A stretch of DNA of 64,000 bases from Auanema rhodensis (taxonomy: Eukaryota > Animalia > Nematoda). The stretch is from NCBI GenBank assembly GCA_964057225.1, contig OZ059897.1:14508001-14572000 (forward strand). Reading direction: 5' to 3'. A program made the translations under genes and the position numbers. Below the pieces are notes generated by a model. It had not been told where the DNA came from. It was given only the letters and a program-made list of their open reading frames with translations, and searched no databases. This document shows positions 11,287-25,744 of the stretch, piece after piece (positions within the stretch are counted from its first letter, which is position 1; each line of letters begins with the position of its first letter).

Positions 11287-14200
11287 TTAACAAGGCGTTC
11301 CTTCTGAAATTAACGCTGAGGTTGTTTCTCCCGGACAGATAGTAATTGTTGTCTTCCTCATAGATCTCCCGTTTGTATTATCTCCTGAAAATAGTTAGAA
11401 CGTAGTCTTGTGTTTACTTTATTTCAAATTTACCATTTTGTAATATTTTTATTGGTGAGGCTTCAACATCCTTGTCATCCCTTTCACGATCCAAAAATCG
11501 TGTTTGTTCTAATCTCTGAAGGCCAGGAAAGTCAATTTGCGTGGTAGAATACTAGAAAAGGAAAAACGTGGATAGGAAAGATGGACAGAGCATGCTTTGA
11601 TAGTAGCATGCACATTATATTTTATTTACCCGTTGTCTGGCTCCACGTGCACTGATACTTAATGATCGTCGAATTTCTTTCCCTCGTTTTGTCCAAGACC
11701 TAAATTCAAATTCATTATAAAACTACATATAAAGACGAAATAACGATTATTTCTATCTCAAAGTTTTATTTGTGTGGTAATAGCAGCTTTACTCTAAGCT
11801 ATTATCTCACGTTGCAATTTTGCGTAAATTTCTCACGTCAGATTTTTGTTTACTTTTGAGCAAATATACAAAACGGTTGTATTTCAGTTTTACCAGCAAA
11901 AATATAAATAAAAAGCTCTACAAAAAGTTTAAAATTGAAAAATTCTGCTTGCCTCCATATGGAGAATTTATCATGGACGGGAAGCTTCATTTGAATACCT
12001 CGCACTCCGCAGCCGTAAACAATAACCAATTCTTTCCTGAATATGTTATGTTTAATTTCATGAAGATAATAATATAAAAAAAACCTAAAATCTTTTCCGA
12101 ATACAATGTAAATGACAAAATTGATCGAAGAGTTAATGATGGCCAAGAAGTTAATAGCTTCTCGGGAAAAAGTATAAAAAGCTCGATGCTTCACCATCTG
12201 AAGTTAAATTTTGCTAAGGTAATGAGTATTTAACAATTACCAATGTTTGATGATCAACAATTCGTTCCAATAATGTTAGAACAAAACCCCAAAAATTGCA
12301 TCCCAGAAAGATACACACGATGATAACCAATACAAGGGTTGCTTCTCTACTTTTTTCTTTAAGCTCATTACGCCCGGACACTCTGAAAACAGGCCACATT
12401 ATAGAAAATCATAAATTATTTTCAACTACAAATGTTATAATTATTGAAACAATCTACTAGCAAACAAACAAGTCAACATGAAATCGAAGCGTTTTAAGAA
12501 TATTAATGAAAAAGACTTGTAGTTTGTTGTCATCGCTTACACACATACGTAATCACATGCGTTAGTAGAAATTAAACAAAAAAAATAAAGAAAGCTTTAA
12601 GTATATGATAAAGGACTATTCCATTATCTCATAAAAATTAAAATAAACTATTACATAAACAATTATTTGAGAGGATGCTAAGTTGATTAATCAGTAATCT
12701 AAGGACATGTCCTTGATATATGATGTGTTTGAAGAATTTCTTGAGTTCTTAGATTTCACCGATTATTTGTTGTTAAAGTTTTTGTAGATAACTCCAAACT
12801 TAATAATGAAAGAAAAATACTTACAAATATCGAATTCATGCTACATTATAAAAATAAAAATGAATGTAATGCTGCCATGCTGAATCGAAAAGTACAGAGT
12901 TAAAACTGTTTTTTTTTTTGAAATTTATCTCTGCGATTTTCATGAGCAAAAAATAAATAAATAAATGCATTCTATTATCGACTAACATAAGCAAGTGCAG
13001 ACAGACAGGCTGACATAAAACTTCTGTACAGAGCAGCCAAAATCTTTCAGTAAAAGCAATAAGCAAGCTATCATTTATAAATAAAAGACAATTGCAAACA
13101 AGAAATGAAACGAAAAAGGACAAAAAAAATCTTCTTTTTTTTTGTTTCAACTACACATCCGAACCTGACTATTTCTCGTGCAACATTTGTGCACGTGGAT
13201 AGAGCATCAGCTATGGATCTGAAAAATATAGAACACGGTAGATGCTTAACTTAGACAAAGGACAGACGTTGTTATACGTCATTAATCGTGAAAACATAGA
13301 CTGCTGGTATAAAAAATTCAATTGTCTTCAGATTTTTATACGGTAATCTGATCGGTTTATGAGAAGCATTACTATTAATAGGGTGAATAACATATAAGTA
13401 TATATAATATAAAGGTTAGAACTACGAACATATTCAGCCAAAATATATTTGGGGAGGGGGGGGGGGACTACTAGTTAGGTTGAAGCAGGTGATAAAGCAG
13501 ATAGATGAAGAACTTTGAATTAAAGACCATGAGATCAACAAACTTATATATATATATATATATATAACTTTGAATTATATATTGATTTTTGCATACACAT
13601 ATTGTATTTTTTTGAATTTAAAAGTAATACATTGTAATATATGTATATACTGAAAATACTAAGATTTTTCTAAAACTTACTTTTGTTGATAATCATATTT
13701 TTCTAGACTTTTCTTAATAGTATAGGCTATATATGCATTGAGAACGAGAAGTGTTACAAACGGAAGAAACACCATAACTATATTTGTTAACCATAAAGCA
13801 TAAACCTACAACAGAATATAATGAGAATATATCAAATTTTTGAAAATCAACCTGTTGATAAACCGGATTCTCAGCCATTTCTGAGGGAAGTAATATGTAT
13901 GATTGCCAGTTTTTTCCATCTGGACATTCGGGGTTCACTTTTACCTTAATTATTGATATTCAATTGTATTCTCAACTTTAGTTCAATACCTTTAGCTCAA
14001 AAAACTTTGTAGCATTGAACAAAATGGCAAACGTTGTGACACCTAATATAGACCATGCAGCTCCTCCTAAATCAAAAACAACTTATTTTCTATAATCTAT
14101 CAATTGTTTTTTACTAAATTCTTTTATTTGAAGCTTACTATATGTGTATACTTTATTTATTACGAGAAATGTAAAACAAAACACTTCCAAACAAAGATTC

Positions 14201-15800
14201 TCCACTCTTCAAGAATTACGGAAAACACATATTGTTCTTGAAGCTCACAGACGAAAAAAGGTTTCAAATATGATTGGATAGTAGTTTAAATTTTCACAAA
14301 ATAAAACAAAAAAGTTTAAATTGTATTTTATATAAATTTTATTTTCGTTTTTAAGGATGATTTGCATATTTCAATAAAAGAATGAAAAACAAACCGGAAC
14401 TGCACATTTTCTTGCTTCTACATGGATGACACACTGCCAAATATCTTTCTATAGTTACGGTTACCGTAATATAGACACTACCAGTTTGAGAAATGTGTGA
14501 TAAAGCAAATGCAAACCTTAAGTTATTTTGTTTCAAAAACATAATTTATGAAAACTATACCGTAAATAGGTTAGCCAAGCAACATAGAGATCAAATGCTT
14601 GTGTATATTCTATTATATATTCCATTGCATAAATGAAGAAAGCCGTGATAAGTAGACAAGAATCAAAAACAGCCAAGGCAGTTAAGAATAAATTATTCGG
14701 ATTTCTCATGGAAGGCCTGAAAATAAACGAAAAATTGGAAAATTGAATAATTAAACTATGAATGGTTTTCCTTTAAACAATTTGAAACCCTAAATAGTAT
14801 TTCTTGTATGGAAGAAACACATGTTAACTGGTGAATCTAACACATTTTTCTAAATTTCGTTCTATTTTTTTAGAATTCCGGATGGAATTCAGGTAAACAG
14901 GATGTTAACCTCTTTAATCCATCTGCATTTCTTGTTAACACCTACTCTTTTTTTCTCTCTACTCGTTTTCCTCATGTTTTGATCTGACTATTGAAAAGCA
15001 GATGCTCGGATAAAGTGCAGCATGTTGTTTGGTTTTTATGTATATGTATGTGTGTGACAACAATTTGAAATGCTATTTTTAGACTTTTTTGGCCAAAAGT
15101 TTCATTTTTTTTCTGATTTTGATGAATATGTTTAAAAAAAAAACTTGTGTAAATAAATATAAATACTTAAAAATATATGAGAAGAAACATATTGTGCAAA
15201 CCTTGTTAATATCAAAGCAGTGCTGGCATTTCCAAAAAGACCAAAAAGGCCAATCAAGCTTCCAACAATGCTGATCAAAAAGAATTTGACCTAAAATTAA
15301 TGTAAATTACGACAAATAAATATTTTATTTTTTAAAAATTAGATTTTCGAACGTTCCTAATTCCCTTCTCCTCATCACCCAAAAACCACCTCGTATAGAA
15401 TGCATATTATGCTTTTGACACATTACTTGTTATATAATCTTCTGCATAATCAAATATATTCAAATATTATGATTTTCTTTTTTATATAACAAACAACAAT
15501 ATATAGAAATAACTAGACACTAGATTAAGACATTGCTACTACTAACTATGGATTTTGGAAAAAAAAAACAAGATATGTGTATAATAAGGATATGTGTTAT
15601 AACATATATTGTGAAGTATTTACGTAATTGTATCGAAATATAATACTTTATCAAGCAATTTTTGCTAGAGAATAATACACCCTACTTTAGTATATGCATA
15701 AATTTTGTTTTAATTTAAAAAAATTAAATTTTACCTCCAAATAGTCGTGTGGTTCGAGCCCGCATTCTACCGACGAAGAATTCGTTAAGTTACTAGACAT
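11287..15800 (-). CDS. daf-37: Rhodopsin-class, FMRFamide-receptor-like GPCR, DAF-37-like
   Basis: [153 protein letters not shown]. Seven TM segments with ERY and NFVIY motifs. Closely resembles C. elegans DAF-37 as recalled, not searched. Confidence 0.85.
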
Positions 15801-17814
15801 AGTATTGAAATATTACCTCATTAACTGAAAAATATATGAAAATTGTGAAAAAACATTGCAAATACATATCAATTCATAAAAATATTATACGAATGAGCGA
15901 TAAAATAAAGTATTCAATAGAATAGTTTGTGAAGAACTTCTGTCTAATAATACGAATATACCATTCTTGAGCTTAATGAGGAAAGCCATCAGTTACGTCA
16001 CAAAGGCATGGGTTAGAAAAATTATAAAAATAATGAAAATATGCATGTATGTACATCTATGAATAGTACATCAAGTTTTCTATTTAAAAATATAGAAGTC
16101 AGAATATGCATTTCTTTTTAAAAAGTTCAATAATTAATGTAAAACTGATTTTTAGACTGGTGCGTTTCATTTTTATTTTTAGACAGTTGAGATAAAAATA
16201 TAAAAATTGAATTGATTTTGAGAATAAAATTAGATTGTAAAGATAGTTACGAATAATATCCAAGATGATCAAAGAAGAAGGGGATACGGAAAAGGAGAGG
16301 GAGGGAGAGATTCACAAAAAATGAGATAGAGAGGTAGGGTCAAGACAACAGACAAAATGAAAAGAAAAGACAGAATAAGGAAGAAATATTCCAAACAATC
16401 TGAAGCTTTGTATGTCGTTTGTTGTCAGCCTCATTGTCGAGCTTACACACAGAAGATGATGTGAGAAAACGAGATTCAGCTGTGTAGGTTAGCTAGAGTT
16501 GAAAAACAATAATGTTCTTCTCTTCCGCAATCTTTCCTTTCCTTTATATCTTTTTGTTCCCTCCCTCTCTTTTTCCTCTAACTTATCATTATATACCAGT
16601 AACTTTTTTTTTAATTTTAATATATAAATGTATGTACCTTGGTGTAAGATATGATTTAGAATTGTTTGTTGATCACTCAAACTTTGGAGTTCCAACTTCG
16701 GAAGTCAAAGAAAACAATCTCAATCATCGCATCAACGATGATACCTCTTTGACTCATATGATGGCAGAGCATGCAAATGTAATGCTAAGATTATAAGTAC
16801 TATCATAGTCGTCATCTAAATCTTGGCAAACTTTAAACAATGCATGTTGCATGTGCTCAAAGCTTACTGAGACTAGTTTCAAACTCTGCGAGCGGAAGAT
16901 CGTCAAACTGTTTGGAGCTATTCTAACTTTTCTCGAGAAGAAAACTCAAAATGCAAATTTATTCTGTTTGCCTGTTCGAAAAGCAAAAAAATCAGGAATT
17001 AAAAATGTCTATCATGAAATCAGGCTTAAAATTTAATGTGAAAAAAGAAGCTTTATATATGCAAAATGGCTTAATATAGTTCAGTTAGAATATAAATTGT
17101 ATTTTCATAATTTTAAAATATAAAAAAGGTTAAAAGAAGTAGAATAATAGAAATGAGATAGATAGATAGAGAGAGATACGTCATTACGTGCAGTCGAAAT
17201 ATTTTCTCCTTAGGATCTAGTAGTCTATGGGGAATACTCGGAATAGAAGGCCAGTAACAAGGAGGTGACAAGTGGAACACCAACAATTTTTGTTTCTCAA
17301 AAAGTTGTTTCTGTACCTTTTGATTCAAACAAATAGAAAGTCGGATATTGGCACAAAACTGTGTTTGGTAGAGGTTTCTCGGAACGAAAAATTGAAAAAT
17401 TGAATTCTAGAAAAGAACTTTATCTCACTCGCTAGAGATTGTTTATTATTTCCTTTTTTGACAAAGAACTTTAAGGCTTGAGCTCTCCAGGGAAAGTACT
17501 TATTCTCATCAGCTCTAAAAATTATTTGTTGGGAATTAAAGAAAATTTTTTTGCTGGATGTATGGTCAAAAATTCAAAAAGTTTCTGCATAAGCTGTGAA
17601 AAACAATTGCAAGAAGACATAATCTTCCTTTCTTAAAATTTCTAAATTTTCCACAAAATAGGTTTCGAGAAGTCGAAAATCAAAGAATATGAATATAAAT
17701 TGATACATAAGTGTTAATATTAAAAATAAAAGGAGAACTTAACAAGACACTGATGAACCCACGATGATGAAACAGTAGACAGGAAAAATAGGAAATACAA
17801 AAAGATATAGATAA

Positions 17815-17822
<8 letters not shown>

Positions 17823-17862
<40 letters not shown>
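17823..17862 (+). repeat. (GA)n microsatellite inside a purine-rich tract (~17810-18000)
   Basis: Perfect AG dinucleotide run. Confidence 0.95.
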
Positions 17863-17870
<8 letters not shown>

Positions 17871-20800
17871 TGAGGAAGGGGAAGAGGGAATGAAGCGAGG
17901 GAGGGAAAAAAAGAGAGCAAGGGAGACACTGAAAAAGGGAGAGCGAGGGAGAGAGAGAAATAGAGAGAGAGAAAGATAGAGAGGGTGAGAAAGAGAGAGA
18001 AAAAGAACTAGAACTATAGGACGTTGACGATAAGATGATGGAGAAGTAATGGCATAAGGAAGATGAACAAACGACTACGAGGAAAACGACGAAAAGAAAG
18101 GAAGCACAAGCCTTGACGAGTGTGAGGATGTAGAAAAGGGAAAACAAAAAGAAAACAACCTATATACCAGACACAAACTAAGTGAAAAGATGCTGCTCAA
18201 TTTCAAAATTGAGAGAGGAGAAAGAGATAAAAAGAGGAATGAACAGGGTCACAATAAATTTTTTTCAACGGGTCTGGACGAACAATGGGACATGAAAATT
18301 TGAAAATTCATGGATATTGAACTGGGCTTCATCTTTCATTAACCTAGATGCAGAGATCATTCTGTTTGAAAATCTGATGAAAATGAAGCCTGAGCAAAAG
18401 AATTTTGATGATTGAAACGTTATATGAAGAAATAAATATGCCAGACAATTTTAAGCTTTGACTCAAATGTTGAAGATATAGAGAAATTAGAATCTTTTCA
18501 CAGGAGAGCAAGAATCCAATAGATTTCAAGTTAATGAAAGTCTGTTATTCCAATATTCTATTGAACAGATTTTCATTACTTATGAGAGATGTATGAAAAT
18601 GGAAACAAGCTGAGAACAGTGAATTGATAACAATTGAAGATCATTTTTCCATGATTAATTATAAAGATAAGAAATCATTAGTTAAATGATCATAATGAAT
18701 CAGTTCAAACATTAGAATTTCGTAGTTCAAGACTTCAGAAGTTGGATTAGTTTTTACAGAGTAATGTGAACGAAATGTGAATATTGGCACACATGAGACT
18801 AAAAATGCTAAATATACATATATATGAAAAAAATGATATATTGGATGAAATTTGAACAAGAAAAGTAAAATACAAAGCTTATAATCATAATTAGAGTATA
18901 AAATACAGAATAACTTTCAATGTGTGTATATAAGGGAATCAGTTAATAAACTATTTCATGAATTGAAAATAATAAAATTTTAATGGCAATTACATTGAAA
19001 ATGAAAAATAATTTTACTGAATTCATTACGATATATTTGAAAAGAAAATATTCCAGATATCTTTAACAATCAGAGAATGAATAAAGATTGAAATAATATT
19101 TCTTTCATTTTTCTAAATATAATATTCATAAAGGGGATATGAACAAAGATGTGTAACTTAACGTGAATTATGACGATCTATGGCTATATGGATCATAGCT
19201 GTCAAATCATTATGCATTTCATTTCTCTACTTTCAGAATTCATGATTACAAGAAACAAAGGAAAGAACCGAGGAAAGAAAATGTGAATTGAATTAGCTGT
19301 GTAACTGAGACATTCGTGAATCAAAAAATGAGATCAGAGCCAGAGAGCTTGAAGCGAAAGCAAATTTGGCATTCATAGATCTCACCCCAATGTAGAATAT
19401 TTCTACATTCAACTATTCTTAGATAATTAGTATCTAAAAGAAGCTTAATTTTTGGATTGGAAAGTGATTTTCATATTGAATACATCATATAATACGGAAA
19501 CGTATACTTTATAATCCTATTTTGGAAGTACTTGCAAAACAAAATGGAAATTTAATTGTTCAATATGGGGCAGAATATATGTTTAAATTGCTCACTATGC
19601 TATTTCTTGAAGCTATAAGTTTAAAGAAATTGAAGTCATGTCATTATCATATTCAGAATATAACTGGACAAATGCATCAAGTCATCTACCGAATGTAAGC
19701 TAATACATGGTAGAACATGACTAAAATATAAAGTTCAGTTGAAATATAGCTAGTCTTATTAGAAGGTGAAGCGGAAAATTCGACGTCATCCTTCAGCTGA
19801 AGACAAACGCAGAACACTGTGGTGTTAGCAGTTGAGGGGGAAAGTATGTCATTGACACACGAAAATAATGCCGAAACAGAAACGATAATGTTCAAAAGGA
19901 TATCAGAAAGAAGTTAGAAAAAACGCTGAAGTTGTCAAAGACAGAAAGTTTAAATATAGTCTAGTGACATTAGCAACATCATAATTTCTTATATAAATAA
20001 AGAGAGAAAACACCGACAACACAACAGTAAAGCTGACGGCCAATATAGAATTCCTAATTACATATAGCAGTAGTTTTTTTCGTCTAAGAGATTGGTATGG
20101 ATATCCGGCGGAGTCTGGAATCTCTTATCCTTTGGGATGAAAGGAAGATAACAAAATACACGCCAACTGAATAACTAAGACAAAGTTAGTTTTGGATCTG
20201 CAATATGTGGCTCTTGAAATCAATTTTTTTGCCCTGAAACTCTTTATTTTTTTTGAAAAATGAAGAACAAATCTTGGCGCAAAAGGAAAAAATGTTTTTT
20301 CCTAAACATTGACATCAGCCATTTTTGGCAAAAGCGGTGGCTTAGGCTGATTGAACTCTATGCGCATCAAAGTGATTGTCATATACTTATGTTAAAGTCA
20401 CTCATTATCTTCAAAACACTGACAGAATTTGTAATCTTTTGAACAGATTTTTATAATAATAATATATACATACATATATAATATTCATAGAGAATATTTA
20501 ATTATTATTTCTTTATATTATATAATATACTTTATTTTACTAAGATCTTATAAACACATTTAATGTATCTTAAAATTCCAAAAAGGTCAAAAACATGATG
20601 ATACAATTAAAAATTCTTCGTATTTTAATTCAAATACATTAAGGACATATAATGCCGGTAAATATAGTTAAAATTGAAATCTTGTAAGAATCCTTTTTCA
20701 GATGTTTGATATTACTATCAAAATATTGATAATAACAATTATTTATACTATGTTTAATGTATATATCTATAAACTATGTACAGATATATATATATATATA

Positions 20801-23800
20801 CATATATATACATAACTATATGTATATCTATTTAACTATATATATATATATATATATATGTAATGTGAAAACTAAAAAAAAGTATTGAGTTTATGTTTAC
20901 AAAAGAAAAAACCCAAAAAAAGCGAGCAGATGGCCAACGAGATTCTTAATGAGTGTGAATTGTATTTTTTAAATAACAACAAGGCTATAACCTCAGAAAA
21001 AAAATTCGTTGTTTGAAACTAAAAAAGTGGCTCTTCATTGCTTTCTTTCATAAATCTTTGAGAAAAGAAAAAGATTTGAAATTAAATGAAGAATAACTAG
21101 ATAATCTAAGAAACATTTTGATATATCTCAGTATATGTAAAGGATATATGTATGTATATGGGGATGTGTGTTTATCCATGTACGTATGCAGATAACATAT
21201 TTTCATGAACTTATCTGTTTTTTTCTTATTTTGGCTGCAGAATCAAATCCTAAAAAGGTTGATGAGTTCGCTAATAGATTCGTTAATTTTTCCAGAAAAA
21301 AAGAAAAGAGGGAAGATTTTCAAACAGAAAGAATGAAAGAATAGAAGAATGCTAAATGAAGGGATGAGTGTGCGAAAGTTTTGCAAGAAAAACGAAGAAA
21401 AAACGAGAGAGAGAGAGAGAGAAAGATATAAGCGAAAGAACAACCGTTCAATCTGGAAGATTTGAGATAAATGCAAAATAATTAAATATATTTAGAGTTC
21501 TTCTACATATCGTCATAAGAGTAAATTATAAGAACGTGTATGAAAATGTGAGAAAACCTTGACAACGAATGCGAGAAACATTCAGTACATGTGCGTCTAG
21601 AGGATATGAAAAAGGAAAAAGAAGTAGAAGGTGCCGATAAGCAAAACAATTGTTGATGTTGTATCTGTGAGGCTTCCCTTCGACGACAATGAAGAACCCG
21701 GAGAAACAGCTTTTCACATGAATAGGCTTATCACCTTAAACGGCAACTCTTTTACTTCCTTAACGTATTCATTATGGAAGAAGAAGCGTTAGATACTGAA
21801 AGCTAAATATGAACATGAGGGCAAGATACAATTTGTTATTTCTGCCCCCATGCTGTAAAGGAAAAAATATATATTTTTGCGCAGCTGATATTAAATCATC
21901 AGCAACTAGCAGCCTCCACTACCACCACCAAAAATGGAAAGTAATAAATAATTTTTTGTTTCTAATAATATTTCTTGAAGATATATATTTCGATATTAAA
22001 GCCAAGAAATCAACAGCGAAACTTGAATTTGAACAGGAAAATCCTTTCTGTTTGTCACGTAACAAGGAAAGGCTTCCTCTGTGATAAACCAGTAAGAAAT
22101 GCGCATTTTTATAGTAAATTCAGTTCCTTTTTCAACATTTTTTTTGTTGAAAAAACGTGGTAAATGAAAACTTAGAAACCGCTCTTCTGAACAATTTTGC
22201 ACTTCATTTTTCGGTTAAGATGTTCGTGCTTAGATCTATTGAAAGAGTAAAAGAAAGAAAACTAAATTGAAATGATGTTCATTTAATTCAGCTTTTCGTG
22301 CAGTTCAAGGTGAATATTTTCAATTTCTTTTCAAATTTGCATACTTTAAAGACTGTTGAGAGTTTGTACTTAAAATATAATCTGAAGTTGAAGAAAAACT
22401 TAACATTTACCAAAGGGATCGGAAGAGATTATGAAATATTCTATTGAATATACTGAAGCAAAAGTTGTGCTTTTATTATTATTTGATAAGGTTGAGTTTC
22501 GATAAAAAATATGATAACAGAATATTTTTGATTTGCTATATCTATGTTGGTTTTGGCAACTTGTTTTAATGTTTTCCCCTGGCTCCTAAATTTGAGATTT
22601 GTACTGAAAACAATGATGAAAATGGATATTTTAAGGAAAACGGAGAAAGGAGAACAAAATTCCAGGAATAATGACTCTTTTCTTTAAAATTCCAAAGTTT
22701 GCCATCTCAAAATACTTCTGTTAGCTCGGTTCGATCAGTATCAGAAGACGAAAAGCTGAAATGATTTTGAATATAACACGAGGTAATATACTATTGAAAC
22801 ATAAGAGAAAAGAATTATAAAAGAAAACTAAAAAAGTTGTTCCCTCATCTGTTTTTGTAAATGCTGAACTAAATGATATCATATGTAATATTTAATTATT
22901 TATAGTTAATTATGTTAATTTTAGAAAAAAAAGGAAATATACATACAAATAAGGAATAAATACAATATTTAATTATATTTATAAAGTTTGTAGTTTTACC
23001 ACATCTTAAGTATTCAAATATATTTTAGCAAACAACTTGCTATTATTATTATTATTTTTACAGAATTGTGAAACATGAGAACTACAAATCTGATAACTCT
23101 AAGAGTTTCACTTGGTTTTCATCAATTTTCTAAAAGTACTCCAGAAGTAAATGTAGTTCAAATAAATAGTTTTAGCAAATCATATATTTCAATTATTCAT
23201 GTTTTTCTCCAAAAATAGTTTGTGATTAAGGAGCAATCGTTTTAACAAAATGCTAATTTGCAAAAATTATATTACCGTGTTGAAAATTGAAATAAGTAAG
23301 TGCATAGCTAGTTTTGGAGAAAAAGTTGGGAATCTTAACCAAAATCCGGACAATATTCGGGAAGCTGTAAAGGTCTATGAACTTCCGATTTTCATTTTCG
23401 CTTATTCTTCATTTTTACGCTTTCAACTCCTCCCGTTTTCTATTTATTTCTTTGACTTAGTTCTTTCCTTTTTTAACTATTAGTTGCCCTATTACGTAAA
23501 TGAATTTTTACAATTCTATTACGCATATAGTCGGACGACGTATTTCGATCATAGACTTTCAGATAATCTTAGTTCTCAAGTAGTTTATTATCTTAAAATA
23601 GCTTAAGTAAACATAGCACATCTTTTTTATTTTTTAATAAAACGAATAACGTATGAAAATTGGCGACAGATGATCAAAGAATTTTCAATTTTTATTTACC
23701 TATTGACATCATTTCTTAAGCTAAGAAGCTATGATCAATCGACTACCAAATGAGTTATAGTAGCTATTAACTATGTTTTTTTATTTTCAATATCTATATT

Positions 23801-25652
23801 TTTTTTTATATTTTATAAAAATGGTTACATATGTTTAGTAATATTTCAAAAAAAAAAGAGTAATTTATTAGAAAAATATAGGAAAACATACATACATATA
23901 CGTATGTTAAAACTTCATTTTCTCCTTTTCTTTGTACGTTTTTTGAACAGCTCAAAGTAATTCAGAACGAAATAGTTTTAGAAGGCATAAAGAGGTTAAA
24001 TTGATTATTGAACTAATTCTATGAAATACGTTACCGGACGGAAGTAACAAAGAAACAGTTATAAGAAGACAATGTTTTTTTTAATCTGTATTTCTAAAAA
24101 AAGCTTTCTATTTCTAAGAAAAGTTCTCAGAAGCAATGAGGTTCACAACGAAAATAGCCAAATGTTTCACTTAGAGTGTGGCTTAGTTCATGAAAATAGA
24201 TTCTGGTGAAGGATGGGATGAAGATTTTGAGATATATGATAAAAATTTGAAGCAAAGAAGACATTTTTGAGTAAAGAAGATTTACAAATAAATTCGTATA
24301 TATATAGATATAGTAATATATAGACATGTATATAATATTTAAGATAAACATAATATTTTATGTTAGCTAGTTACTTTTACAATTATTTTTCTTCTTAAAT
24401 TATAGTGTTACATTGAAAATAAGAACACATTGACGTAGATAAGAATAAAAATGATGTATATATGTAACTATATTTATATATCTCTCTATATATATATATT
24501 AAACCATAAAGCAGTTTAAAAAATAAAAACTTTCTCTTAAACTGAGAAGCTTATTTATCTTCAACTTTTTCTCAATCCTTCTAGTTCTTTTACTGCATTC
24601 AGTATACAAGTACAAAAGTTATGAGATGTTGGATGTTGTTATGTCACTCTAGAGAAAAATAACAAAAACTAGAAAAAGAAAAGATGAATTGTACTTATTT
24701 TGTAAAGAAAGTTTAAAACGAGTTAGTCAATATAACTCTTTAGAAATGAGACACATCAGATTGTGATGATTCGAAATAAGAATAAGTTTCTAATAAATTA
24801 GAATATTAAAACTTATCTCTTGATGAAAGCTATGTACTTAAGAAAATACACTGTATTTAAACACATTTTACAACAGTGATTAAGAAACAACATATAGAAA
24901 TGTTGAGAGAGAGAAAAAAAGAAAAAAAGAGAGATTAACTTAAATCAAATCATACGTTCAAGATTTCATAAGATTTCACATTAGTTAATATATTTAACAT
25001 CTTAATTATATGCGCTTTATAACATCATCAACCATTTGAAAAATGTATTAAAAATAGTTTTCAATAACATAATTTGAATATTCTTATATCATTAATGAGT
25101 AATGATATGTTTTTCATATTTTTCAATTATTTTTTTCAGTTAAAAAATGAAAAAAACTATTTGCGATAGGAAAACCTATATTTTATAAAGAAAAAAGAGA
25201 AATAAACTACGTATGTATATTGACAGAAGCTAAACAACCGCATTGCATATGTTAAATAGATGAAATGAATCTTTTTTTTTTATTCACGTGGATAACACGT
25301 GAAACCTACAAATTATTTTAATTTGGACATAAGTAGTAGGAAAAGGAAGCAGTTGTTGTCCTAATGAAATTACATATGCTATAAATGCATCTACATGGTC
25401 GAATACATGTACTTTTCATGTTAAAAGAGAAACTTTAAAATAGTTAAGCAAGGTTCAGAAGTTAAGCTTTGGTGTGTGTGTTGAATGAAAGGGCAATTGT
25501 TGACATGAAGAATAAATAATAATAATAATATTATTATATAAATTGAATCCTTAAGTTAATACTATTAGATAAATACAGGATTTTAGTTTCCAAAAAATAT
25601 ATAATTTATTCTAAGGTAGCAACTAGTTAAATATAGGAAAACATACGTATCA

Positions 25653-25654
<2 letters not shown>

Positions 25655-25717
<63 letters not shown>

Positions 25718-25744
25718 TTCTTTCTCTCTCTCTCTCTCCCTCTC
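25655..25744 (+). repeat. (TC)n microsatellite
   Basis: Near-perfect TC run of ~90 bp. Confidence 0.95.
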
